A stretch of DNA of 64,000 nucleotides from Octopus sinensis (Eukaryota). Positions 1 to 12,102 of the stretch are shown one piece after another; within the stretch, counting starts at the first letter, position 1, and each line of letters begins with the position of its first letter. Below the pieces are notes generated by a model. That model searched no databases. It saw nothing but the letters and a program-made list of their open reading frames with translations, and had not been told where the DNA came from. The stretch is from positions 126,294,001 through 126,358,000 of the forward strand of contig NC_042998.1 of assembly GCF_006345805.1 (NCBI RefSeq), read 5' to 3'. A program made the position numbers and the translations under genes.

Positions 1-437
1 GATTTGCCTGTAAGAGCTATGTGCTGGTGCCACATTAAAAGCAGCCCACAAACACTGAAATGTAGTTTGTGTTAGGAAGGGCATCCAGCCATTGAAACTA
101 AGTTAAATCAGATTAAAATTTGGTGCAGCTCTCCAGTTAGCCAAACTAACAACCCATGCTAGCATGAAAAACAGACATTTGATGATGATGATGATGTATA
201 TGTATCTATGTATGCATGTGTCACATAACTGAGATAATTGTGTCAGATAATTGAGTTAGAAGTGCATAATACGTTTAAGAAAGTTCTCTCACAACTTGAG
301 ATTCATACGAAGTTAAACCCAACATTGATTACTTTTATGACCAATAAATTTTTTAACTTTGTTTACACTGAGATAGTGTCCCAATAATTTCCCAAAAAGT
401 TTTTAAAAATGAATATAAAAAAAAGCTGAAAAAATAC

Positions 438-542
438 CTTGATATCTCCCTGAGCATCAGAAAGTTTCTGTTTCATATCATCCACTTCAAATTGTAATGA
501 TTTGCTATGATCCCGAGAATCAGAGAGCAACTTGTGAATATT
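438..542 (-). CDS. CCDC149: CCDC149 coding exon 4 (NIHKLLSDSRDHSKSLQFEVDDMKQKLSDAQGDIK); gene continues beyond the window
   Basis: tttttctacttctag acceptor, AAG|GTATTT donor, 105 nt. Matches recalled CCDC149 [35 protein letters not shown]. Confidence 0.92.
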
Positions 543-1279
543 CTAGAAGTAGAAAAAAATGCTAAATTAAAATATCAATAGAGCCATAAAGAAACCTGGA
601 AGCATTCACAACTGACGTTCATCAACTGTATACTTTCCCTTTTCCCACACATTATTTATTCATTTATTAATCTGAAATTTTAGCAGTACTCATAAATTGT
701 AGCTGTAAGCAAAAAGGTTACAATATATAAGAATAACAGTTTATATTAAAATATGTTTATAATGCCTTAGTTTCTCAAAATTAGACTCATTTAAGTACCA
801 AATTAGATTTAATATCATTTAAATTTGATGACTAGACAAGAACCAGTGGGGGTTTTTTGCAACATTAACCGGCTGAATTTTTTTTATTTCTTCAGGGAAG
901 CATATTCTCAAGAGGAAGTACATGCAGCAATAATGAATATTCAAATCAAAGTAAATATGGAATTTAATAATGGCCATTCCAAATTCATTTCTTTCTTGAT
1001 AGTATGGTTGAGAAAATAGTGGTTGGCACAGCTTATTTTACAACTGAATTTAGTAAACCATTTTAGTTGAAGAATGGACAAAAATTTCTTTGAAAACAAT
1101 TCAAACTTTGTACAAGTCCATACCTCATAGAATTCACACTGTAATTACTGTCAAAGGTGGTCCTGCCCCATATTAAAATAAATTTGTTTGAAATTTTAAG
1201 GTGTTTCCATTATTTTGTCCAACCCCTCTATGTGAGTGTAACTATTTATATATGCATGCACACATACACACACACACGT

Positions 1280-1655
1280 CTTTTATCTTCCACTTGTTTC
1301 AGTCATTAGACTATGGCCATGCTGGGGCACCACCTTGAAGAATTTTTCATTGAATGAATCAATCCCAGTGTCTGATATTTATTTTATCGTTCTCTTTTGC
1401 CAAACCACTAAGTTACAGGGATGTAAACAGACCAACACCAGCTGTCAAGTGGTGGTGGGGAACAAACACAGAGACACACACACATATATACGAGAAGCTT
1501 CTTTCAGTTTCTATCTACCAGATCCACTCACAAGGCTTTGATCAGCCTGGGGCTATAGTAGAAGACACTTGCCCAAGGTGCTACACAGTAGGACTGAACT
1601 TGGAACCATGTAGTTGGGAAGTAAGCTTCTTACCACACAGTCACATCTGTGCCTA
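1280..1655 (-). mobile_element. Abundant SINE (family with gccatgctggggcacc...gacacttgcccaagg); other copies at about 31590-31975 and 36565-36965
   Basis: Three aligned copies in the window, each with a tRNA-like head at the right end and an internal (CA)/(TA) tract. Confidence 0.8.
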
Positions 1656-2291
1656 TCCATATTAGTTAAAGTTAAATTACTTTTATTTTATTTCTTCATA
1701 GTGTAATATACTTCTTAGCACTTTATAATATACAATACTATCAAGAAATAAAACAGAATTAATTATAAAAGCATATATATTTTTTAAATAGCTATCATGA
1801 CTCTTTCACATAGTAACTCTGTATGTGTGTATATGTTGAATATATTTGTATACATGCATACAATAAAGTGTTTACCTAGAAAAATTGCTTGCTGCACTCC
1901 TGCAAGTTGCAATCAAATTTCCAATTCTTATCAACCATACCATTTCTCTCCTTAAAACACTAATTATGCCACAAGTTACACATAGCACTTCATTATGAGG
2001 ACCCTACTCCATTTGTATAATGCTAATCTCTTTCACAAAATTATTTCATCTTTCTGAACATGATATATCCCATCACGGCAGACTATAGGCTAAGATAAAA
2101 ACAACAAAAAGAAACACAAATAATAATCTTGAAAATCACAGATCTGCAATCTATCAACCATGATAGAGCATTAAGAGTATTATTCAGACAGTAAAAATGA
2201 AACCAGCAACTTAGTTATGTTCACTCTGATATGCCACCTGTACTGTCACTCAACATTTAGCATAAATAAGTATACATTCTAATTTACTAAC

Positions 2292-2351
2292 CTGTCCTTC
2301 TGCTCTACAGTCAGGCCTATCTCCACTGTAGAAAGAGGTGCCACCAAAACC
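2292..2351 (-). CDS. CCDC149: CCDC149 coding exon 3 (GFGGTSFYSGDRPDCRAEGQ)
   Basis: tattatttcag acceptor, CAG|GTTAGT donor, 60 nt, phase 0/0, open frame. Occupies the position of the short DGDPSLPPEKRKQ exon of vertebrates, but the sequence is divergent. Confidence 0.75.
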
Positions 2352-2443
2352 CTGAAATAATAGATATATGCTCATAATATTTCTCACACAACAACAATGA
2401 ATAACATTGTATATGTACCTGTCTAATTGACTGAGATCATATT

Positions 2444-2515
<72 letters not shown>

Positions 2516-4789
2516 GAGAGATAGATAGAATTTACAAAAAAACAAAAGATGAAGATGGGTGTGTAAACAACAAACAGATGTATTAGTTTAATGTTCGGGA
2601 AGTGAGAAAGTCTTTTATGTTTTGAACCTAAGCTCTTCAACAGAAAGGAACACAGAAGTAACCGTAAACAGGGAGAGAAAATAAAAAAGGTTTAGTGACT
2701 GTGGGTGTAGATGAATGCAAAGGAATGTAGAAGGATGTGTTGGCATATATGCAGTCACAGAATGGAAGTATTTGTGTCTGTGTAGATATTTGCATCTATG
2801 AAGATGTGCAAAAGTTTGTGATTATGAGTGAATGTTTGATATATAAAACAAATCTGCATTAAAATTGTAATGTTTTAGGTGGATTTATACAGATTTGTGA
2901 GGAAAATGGTGCAAACATTAATGGCAAAAATATGAAAAGAAAAATTTCACATGGCATACTGTTTCTCCTGCCCTTTCCAAAAAACAAAAACAAAAAAAAC
3001 TGTTTTCTCTTCCTGATTGCTCTAAACTTTCTCTTGACTAATTCTAAGTAATTTTCTGGACTGTTGTGGTAGCAGTATCCTTGAAGCCAAAAGCAAAAGC
3101 TTTGCTTTCCATTTCAAATCCCACTTTACTTTTAACACAAATCTCTTCCCATTCCTCTGCTGCTTCAGTCCAACAAATCATCCATCTTTATAAAATTGCC
3201 AAATTCACATGTCTAGGTGGTGTTATCTTGACCTCTTACTCAAAAATAAGCTCATATTCTTACATGAAGGTTAAAATCAAATAACCATATACCCTTCAGC
3301 TAAAAGAAATAGACCATCTGGTCTTCCAAACTTACATCTGAAACAGTACTGCTAGGTTAGAAAAAAAAATAGAAACCAAGATTTTTATACTGATTAGAAC
3401 ATCCTTTGATAAACGTGGTATGCAAACCTCTTGATCAAACTCCTTTTTTCATAGGTTATACTCAGAACTATTCACCAGTATTCAAAGCTGTATCAATGGC
3501 TGAACAATATTTCGTTATATCAGAGGTACTCACTCAATCTTCTGCCCCATAAATATTTGTATCTCCAAGGATTGAACATGAACTTTTTATCTATGACCTT
3601 AAAATCTTTTATGCCATGTTTACTGGTATTAGCAGCAGCTTTATCTAAACATCTACTTCTTCTACCAAAGAAGATCCTTGAACAGGAATCCAGGAATCAG
3701 GTCATATCTAATGATGTAAAAATTCAAACATTATTTATTTTTAGGCAGATAAATCATATAACATGCTCATTTCTTATGAAAAACTCTCAGAGAAATCCCC
3801 ACATATTCAACATGTTAAAACTTCCTCAAAAAGAGATTTAGTTTTCTCATTAATGCAAAAAATATTTCAACACAGTAAATACATAAATGTCTACAAGGTA
3901 TAGATACAGTTAGTTAATCCTTTCACAAACCTCAAGAGCTCACTGAACAATTGCTTAATCTGCACTCAACCCCACTATTATTTGGATGAGAGACATATCT
4001 TTGCCTGGATAGAATGACTGTCTATTGCAGGTATCTTTTCCCAAAGTTCTTGTATTTATTCTTGATGGTAAGGTAAACTGAAATATATGATATTAAAGCA
4101 CCCTTACTCAAAGACCCAACATCTACAGTGAATCTGAACTCATGAACCATGGTAGTTGGTAGCCCAGTATCATATCTATTTGGCCATCTATATAGAATAT
4201 TTTCCTCATTTTTAGAATGGCTCAAAACTTTAAATTAGTGGCATCCTAAATCACATTAAAAGAAAAAAAAATCAATAAAGTCACTCTTACTGAAACAATC
4301 TTCAATCTTTGACTCTTTATTATGTATTCTCTCTCTGCTTCTTTTGCTGCTGTTACTTATCAGAACATACCTGTTTCAACCTACTTCTTGATGTGAGCTG
4401 TTGACACGATCTCGCTACCTACTGAACCCTTCCCTCATGCTTTTTTGTTTTTTCAAGAATCACAGCAAATGTTACATCATGCCAATCCTTCATTTTGAGT
4501 ACTGCTGTTCCTTGGAACTCACATTCCCCCAATGTGTGTCTCCTACATTATATATAGATCTAACTTTTTAATTCCATACCAACAATACTCATCTTGTTCA
4601 CTCCTGTCTGATATGAGAATGTCCTACTCTAAAAGTGGTATGGGTGAATGAATAAATGAATGAGTGTGTGTTTGCATCTTTGATTATTTGTAAATGAGTA
4701 AACTGGGGTTTGTATGAAAGGGAAGGAAAGATTATGTTTCTATCAATGCAAACTTGACTATAGTGGTGAAACAGAAGACTAGAACTTAC

Positions 4790-4948
4790 CTTGCCAGCTA
4801 GCTGCCGTTTCAGAGTCTGGTAGCGTTCCTGCAACTGCTCAGCCATTAGCTTGAACTGATCTCGCTCACTGCGACACTGATCCATCTCCCGACTTAAAAT
4901 CAACAATGCCTCGCATTTACTGTCAAGTTTTCTCCGACATGCTTGATG
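4790..4948 (-). CDS. CCDC149: CCDC149 coding exon 2 (HQACRRKLDSKCEALLILSREMDQCRSERDQFKLMAEQLQERYQTLKRQLAGK)
   Basis: ttcttactttag acceptor, AAG|GTAAG donor, 159 nt = 53 codons. Closely matches the recalled CCDC149 N-terminal motif CKRKLESKKEALLILSKELDTCQQERDQYKLMANQLRER. Confidence 0.93.
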
Positions 4949-6320
4949 CTAAAGTAAGAAAAGATGGAAAATAAAGTAGACAATATAGTTAGTTTGACTT
5001 AGCAATGAGTGACGCAGGTTGATCGAAACCACTCAGCACCATCTCAAATGGGAAAATTAAATTGATGTCACAACTGGATTTGAACTCAGATACATTAAAC
5101 CCTGAACTTGAAGCATTTGATCTAGTTTAACTCCCTTTTCTCTGTACCAACTTCACTACCTTCAGACAATTATGTAAATAATTTCTTCTTTAGGTACAAG
5201 GTCCAAATTTTGAAGGGAGAAATGTAAATGATGAAATCAATCTCAATATTTTTCATCAATTCCAGAAAGATGAAATGGAAATTGACTTTGGCAGAAAGTA
5301 AATGCAGAATGTCAAGAGATATATTTAAATACAAGGCCATTTAATTCTGCCATCCAAATAATAATAATGATTTCTATTATTGGTAAAAGGTGTAGTGGAT
5401 CTTGCAGGCATGAAGTAGATTTGATCCTAGATAGCCAAATTTAAATTAACACTTCAACAGCATTTTTCACAGTAAAACAATAGTTTTTCTGTGACAGCAG
5501 TTTACATTTGCCAGATGCCTTAGCTAAGCAAAATAATGTCTTCACCACTTGACCCTTCTGACCTCTTCTCGGTCAACAAAAGCTAGAATTAAGATAACAA
5601 GTGCCACTAACAAAATCAATTGTTCTCAACGATATGTCTATCCTTCTGGATAGTTATAAAAGCAAGAGGACCCAAGCAAAAGTCAGTTAGTGACAACTCC
5701 AGTTAGTGAGAACCCGAGTTAGAGAGAGCAACCATCAATTAGTGAATGGACTACCAGAATCATGGCCACAAGCAGGCAGCCGCTAATGACAAATGGCCAG
5801 AGGGAAGAAGAAAGTAACAACCAGCAACTATGTGAGACAACTTCCCTCGACTCTCTCACTATCGCTAGCTCAGCTGATTTTCTTCTTAGAACTTTACTCC
5901 ATCTCTATCTGTAATTAATACTACACAATGATGAGAACACAAACAAACTATACAAGGAAAATCTACATCAATCTTACTTCACATGCTTTACAATTTTATC
6001 ACCTGTGCATTGAGGCAAGGTGATATACAATGTAATGGTAATAAACATTTTCTTCACAACTTCAATCACTGTTCTTTCATCTTTACATAATGGCAATCAA
6101 CAAAGAACCAATCCTTAAAAACTGTTTATGACTCCAATGTTCCATACTATTGTTTACAAATTAATTCCAGCTGTTGCAAATTCATAATCCCCTATCGTTA
6201 CAAATTGGTGATCCTGACGATGCATCATAACTATACCATTACAAAGGTCACAAATCTGAAGAAAGGAAGAAGGGATATAGTAGACTCAATCAACTCCATT
6301 TACTTAATTTAGCAATTCAA

Positions 6321-6653
6321 TAGTTGTGAAGTGTAAAGTCAGCCTTAGTAAGATTTGAACTCTGAATTTAATGATGATAATGATTTCTAGTATTGGCCCA
6401 AGGCAACATACTTGGTTCCTGGAGAAGCATCACATACTCTGGTGCATATTCCATGGACTGAAAAACAAAAGGCAAAGCTGGTCTTCAATGGATTTAAATT
6501 CAGAATGTAATGAGACTTAACTAAATATGCACCAGAATATGTGATGCTTCTCCAGGAACCAAGTATGTTTCCTTGGGCCAATACTAGAAATCATTATCAT
6601 CATTAAATTCAGAGTTCAAATCTTACTAAGGCTGACTTTACACTACACAACTA
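6321..6653. repeat. Near-perfect 130-bp inverted repeat with a 73-nt spacer
   Basis: 6321-6450 is the reverse complement of 6524-6653 with three mismatches seen by eye. Confidence 0.95.
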
Positions 6654-6659
6654 GAAATT

Positions 6660-7313
6660 TATTTGGCATTCATGATGGAAGCTCTAATACAAACATTTCA
6701 GAGTGTTTGGGTGTCAATCTGAGGAGATGTACCAAGAATGATGAAAATGAAACATCCAGTCAACATCATGGTGTTTGGAGTGACCACTAGTGATGGCGAT
6801 GTTATGCCTCCATTCATCTTCCCACACAGCCTCACACTCAACATGGAGGCCTCAAGTGCCTGGAGGAGGTACAGCTGCCCTGGGTCAAGAGGGTGGCTGC
6901 TGGAAGACCCTATGTCTGGCAACAGGACTCTGCACCATGCCACAAAAGCAGGAGAACCTGGCCATGGCTGTCAGACAATTTTTGCAACCACATCACCCCT
7001 AACATCTGACCACCTAACTCCCCAGACTGCAACCACCTTGATTATTGTGTAAGATACAGTTGAGTGAGAGACCAACAAAACTTGTAATACCCAAGATGAA
7101 CTGAAGGCAAGGTTTATGGCAGAGACCGTCCAAAAGAGTTACAGGAGATACCGAAGTCGTCTGTGGTTGAAGCTAATGGCGATTTTATTGAATGAATTTA
7201 CTCTTTAGTATTTCAAGATATTTTTGTGTAATTTTGGTAAATATATCTTAAAATGAAATGTCAGTTTCATTTTCATTTTTGTGTAATTTAGATTGTTTAT
7301 TCACTACACCCTG
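6660..7313 (+). mobile_element. 5'-truncated Tc1/mariner maT-type (DD37D) transposon remnant
   Basis: Frameshifted transposase KHPVNIMVFGV...WQQDSAPCH...PPNSPDCNHLDY with 37 residues between the second and third D. Ends in CACCCTG followed by TA. Confidence 0.8.
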
Positions 7314-8336
7314 TAGATAGATGGAGAGATGGATGGATGGATGGATGCAGGGATATTATATATATATATATAATGATACACATGGCTGACATGTCTACAA
7401 CACTAACTTCTGGAAACCTGCCAACATCTGATTACTTATCAATCTGGTGGGCACACTAGCCAGGTTGACTACATCCTCATCAGACAGATAGAGTGGTGAA
7501 TGTTTGTAAATGCAAAATCTTTCCAATGTGAAGAATGTACAACTACAACTCAACATAGATTAGTGGTTAGTGATTTCAAGCTTGGGACCAGAAGGATTAA
7601 GAGATGCAAGCTGATATAGAAAAGAAGATTGTGGAAGCTCAAGGATCTTTCAAATGGGCAGAGATTTAGAGGTGTTCTGAATGAAGCTTTGACAAGGAGG
7701 AGGAAGAGACAGAGACATATGGTGTGGAGGACAACTTGAAGTTCTTACAATCTATGGAGGGTGACAGACCAAATTTATGGTTGCAGCAAAGCCACTGCTA
7801 GACCAAGAGTGGCATGGTGGTGGAACAGTGAGGTTGAGAGGGCTATAAAAGAGAAGGGATGAGTCTGGAAAGAATGGAAAATTGGGAGTAGCAAAGAATC
7901 ATACCAGATAGCTAGATGCCAGGTTTATATAGCAAGGACAGAAGCAGAAAGGGAGAGGTTAGCTAATGTTTTACAACATGAAGATCAGAGACTTGAGGTG
8001 TTTTGGATTGCTAGGCCATGTGTGAGAGAAAATCAAGATGTTGTGAGAGAGAAGTTTGTACAGATGGATAATGGTGTGCTTGCACTTAGTGATTCTGACA
8101 AGAAAGAGGTATAGAAGAGTTACTATGCAAGGCTATTAAATGTGGAGAATGAATGGGATAAAGGGAGCCTGCATCCAGTAAACCAAAGAGAGGAACTAGC
8201 TATCCTAGTGGACAGCAGTATGGTAGTTGAGGCAATTAAAGATATGAAAACAGGAAAAAACCCTGGGCCATCAGGAGTCACTGCTGAGATGCTCAAAATA
8301 TTTGATAGTTACTCAGTTAATCAGATTATTCAGGAA

Positions 8337-8479
8337 CAGGGGATAGCCTGAGGGGCATGTGCCATCCTAAAAAAGGAAGTGCACCCTTCTAAATAATGTT
8401 ATTATGTCCTTTTCTTTTGGAACTGTATACCCTTCTGACCTTGTGTCTTCCCTTCAAAAAATTCCTGGGACTGCACCTG
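8337..8479. mobile_element. 143-bp MITE-like insertion in the RTE LINE
   Basis: CAGG...CCTG termini with AGGAA duplicated on both sides (8332-8336, 8480-8484). Removing it restores the LINE reading IQEGVI. Confidence 0.55.
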
Positions 8480-8933
8480 AGGAAGGTGTAATCCTTAGTG
8501 ACAAGTGTAGCAGCATTAAAATTAGTTGCTACAAAAGTAAAGGATATTCCTTAGACAGAAATAATTATAGAGGCATCAAATTATAGGACCAGGTGATGAA
8601 AATTATGGAGAGAGTTATAAACTAATTAGGAACAGACCTAGGCTAGATGAAATGCAATTTGGCTTTGCTCTGAGGAGAAGCACTACTGCTATTTTTATAG
8701 TCAGACAACTGCAAGAGAAGTATTTAGCTAAGAACAAACTGTTGCACTTGACATTTGTTGATCTAGAGAAATCCTTTGATAGAATACCCCACTGTGTGAT
8801 GTGGTGGCTCTGAGGAGGCAAGGGGTAGATGAGTGGCTTGTGAAAGATGTACAGAGATGCTGTTAGTAAGGTGAAATATAACAAGTACATTGTTTATATT
8901 TGACAGATATTTGTCCACATGTTGTTTGTTGTT

Positions 8934-8979
8934 AATACAACGTTTCGGCTGATATACCCTCTTGTCTTCATCAGGTGTC
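8934..8979 (-). ncRNA. Minimal type I hammerhead ribozyme motif (stem II degenerate)
   Basis: Minus strand reads GACAC-CTGATGA-agacaagagggtatatcagcc-GAAAC-GTT-GTATT. The core is intact and stem II pairing is broken. Confidence 0.55.
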
Positions 8980-9193
8980 TTGGGAAATTTCGAAACTGGG
9001 TTCTCATTCCAAAGGTATTTTTTGATGTTTTATTATTATTATTATTCAGGTCACTGCCTGGAATTGAACTCTGAATCTTGGGGTTAGTAACCCACGCTCT
9101 TAACCACTATCCACTACGTCATATGCTCATGGCATAGTGGTTAAGAGTGCGGGCTACTAACCCCAAGATTCCAAGTTCGATTCCAGGCAGTGA

Positions 9194-9237
<44 letters not shown>

Positions 9238-9284
9238 TTGAAAAATACCTTAGGAATGAGAACCGAGGTTCGAAATTTTCCCAA

Positions 9285-9330
9285 GACACCTGATGAAGGC
9301 TGGAGAGTATATCAGCCAAAACGTTGTGTT
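9285..9330 (+). ncRNA. Minimal type I hammerhead ribozyme motif (core-mutated)
   Basis: Stem I GACAC/GTGTT, CTGATGA at 9290-9296, stem II GGCTG/CAGCC, then AAAAC in place of GAAAC (9318) and a GUU cleavage triplet. Confidence 0.6.
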
Positions 9331-12102
9331 AATAACAAACAAGATGAGGACAAATATCCATCAAATATAAATAATGTATGTAATTCCTCACCTCTTAAAT
9401 ATAGAACTGTATTAACTACAAGTACAGTAAACAATTTGGTGTACAGGCAGGCATTCATCAGGGCTCAGTCCACAGTTCCCTCTTTTCCATCAGAGTCCGT
9501 GAAGCCATAACAGAGGAATTCAAGACTGGCAGCTCCTGGGAACTACTATATGTTGATGATCTTGTTCTCAAAGCAGATTCTATATCAGAGCTAGAAAAGA
9601 AATTCCAGATTTATCTCACTATTTCCACCCCTATGGACCTCTGACCTCATCCCTGGTGCTGTGCATCTCTTGCACACTACACACTCTACATTACCTGTAC
9701 TGCCTCCTATTGCCTCTACCTTTTCCTCCTAACCACCTCAATTGCGTTCACCTTGCAAGTGTACAGCGCTATTTCCATTTTTATTTATCTGCCACTCTTG
9801 CGAACTTACCAGTCCAATCTTCTGGAACATTTTTCTTACATTCAGCTTCCTGTAAGTTGAGAGTATGCCCTAACACTTCTTCACTATCTTCTCTCCTCTT
9901 CCAATTAGGGTAGCCATGTACCTCCTCTACTGTAAAACACTTGTTTCTATCCCTCTATCATACTTTAACCACTCATCACCTAGCATAAATCCATCTCCCT
10001 TAATACCACAACCTCCTCAGTTGAGGGGTATTGTCTTGCAAGTTATTTCATGATCTCACTAGTATCAACACCACATAAAAAGAACCCACTACACTTTGTA
10101 AAGTGGTTGTTGTTAAGAAGGGCATCCAGCTGTAAAAATCATGTCAAAGCAGACATTGGAGTTTGGTGCAGTCCTCTGGCTTCTTGGTTTTTGTCAAACC
10201 ATCCAACCCATGATAGCATGGAAAATGGGCGCTAACAATGAATGATAATGACGATGATGATAAATAATCGTAATGTTATAAGCTAGGAATGACATATAAG
10301 ACAAAACTGAGAAAAAGATAGTATAAATTGTGATCCAGGATTACTAAGGGTTTTATTTTTCAGCTACTGGTTTCCACATAAGCTAAAACTAAGCGCTAGT
10401 TAACGTGATGAAAGCCTTAAGAGTCAGGGATCAAAGCAGAAGCAACAACAATATAAACATATACATGCACATAAAAAGCAAATGCTATGAATTACCTACA
10501 TACAAATACAGAGTCCTTGACATTCCGTATATGCTGTGTTCAATCATCCCCAAACACATCTACTAAACGCTACAAATTACTGCAATATCAATACTACCCT
10601 TTTTCGAGGAACGCAAAAATATCACTGGTAGCATTACCGTCATTACTTTCAAATATTGTGATGAGATGCATACCAACATAAATACCGTTGTAATGTTGCT
10701 CACATCTAATGTAGTCACCACTAGAACTTACAGAGGAGCCTCTAAGTGATCGCGACCAAGTTTCCCTTATGTCACTTACTACTATCAATAAATAAGGGAT
10801 GAATACATTGATAATGTAATACTAGGTCTCCCTAAAAAGACGTGATGGTAATGGCTTGAATGCCTTTAATCGCAGGTTTCCTCGATCGGGGTTTACAAGA
10901 GGTAAACGAAAACAAACTGGACAACGGAGAGAATGCAACAAGCACACGCTGTCGGAGTATGCATACTGTGGTCTTCACATGTCTGAAACACCGGACTTCT
11001 GGTTTCTACTTAGTTATTTGACTGACTATCAGCTTTAATCGAAACCTAAAGATTAATGTGCTGCACGCCGAGCCAAATGATCACGGATATTAAATCACAG
11101 TTACCCGTACAATTAATAGGCAAAAAGACGCCGTGGTTTAACAAAGACAACGAAGCTAATGAAGAAAAGAGTACGTTAATTAATTGTAATACTGGCTCCT
11201 GTCTTCAGATAGTTAAAAAAAAACAATTCATAGAGCGTTTGGAAGGTATTCAATATTTCTTAAACTTAGTGAGTACATGCACACACATCTATGTTTTACA
11301 TAAATATTTATGTTGATGTTTTGGAGCAAATTGAATCGTTGGAGTATCATTGAAGCTTTCGAACTTGGCGAAATATCAAAGCAGACACGAATCTGATGGA
11401 ACCCATATTTCCGAACCGCTGACAATCACCAAACAGACACGTTATAAAAGTGAAATGGTTTCAATTAAAGTACAAAAAAAAAAAAAAAGAAGTTATTACT
11501 CGTCTAAGGTGCTTGTTCTTATATCTATATCTATATATACCCCCACACATGCATATTCACACTATCTAGTTGAGAAGGTGAAATACATGTATAAAATATG
11601 TACACTTATAAAAACACATATTCACAAAAATCTGTTTTCATCAAGAATTTCCTGAAGATGTTTTCTAAATGACAAGGATTCAATATCGTTTAAGATGACA
11701 GTATGATTCCCAATCACACATATTTATAGATAATATATATGTATATATATGGGTGGTGGGTATGTTCATTAAATATTTCTTAAGCCATGCTATAATTCTC
11801 TAAATAAACGTAGGAAATGCGAGGAGTTGAATCAAAATATGGCCATAGGTAAAAGGTGATGCATAATGACTTCCTTTACGAGAACCTCGTACACATAAAA
11901 GATAACATGAAAACTGAGATGTTCATGCCGTTCCACATAACTTTGAGATATGAAGAAAAGGTGGTGGGTGGTTTGTTTGAGAGATCGCAGAGAAGAGACC
12001 ACAATGGAATTTAGTAAACAATGAGTGAGTGTCATCTCAAGATATAAAGAAAAACCATTGAGTGTTGTAGTTCTGTACAGATATTTTTTGCGTTAAACTT
12101 AC

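Larger units (their letters stand above)
8890..9417. mobile_element. Head-to-head inverted dimer of a tRNA-headed SINE with a Penelope-like hammerhead tail
   Basis: Left arm 8890-9128 (minus) and right arm 9129-9417 (plus) share a tRNA-like head (GTGGTTAAG...GTTCGATTCC), (AAT)n and a CTGATGA...GAAAC tail. The 9-bp TSD ACAAGTACA at 8881-8889 and 9418-9426 flanks the whole dimer. Confidence 0.8.
7370..9612 (+). mobile_element. Decayed RTE-clade LINE (endonuclease 3' part and RT), interrupted by two insertions
   Basis: Remnant motifs HLITYQSGGHTSQVDYILIR, GKNPGPSGVTAEMLK, NNYRGIKL, QFGF, FVDLEKSFDRIPH, GIHQGS and LLYVDDLVL, with stops and frameshifts. Confidence 0.85.

Noticed and set aside
4370-4545. 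Apparent minus-strand exon (AG...CAG|GTATGT) between CCDC149 exons 2 and 3
   Set aside because: All three frames contain stops and none resembles CCDC149.
10594-10788. Minus-strand ORF with a GTAAGT donor as candidate CCDC149 exon 1
   Set aside because: It has no in-frame ATG before the donor. The exon at 12103-12150 has an ATG, the correct phase and the expected terminal Glu.
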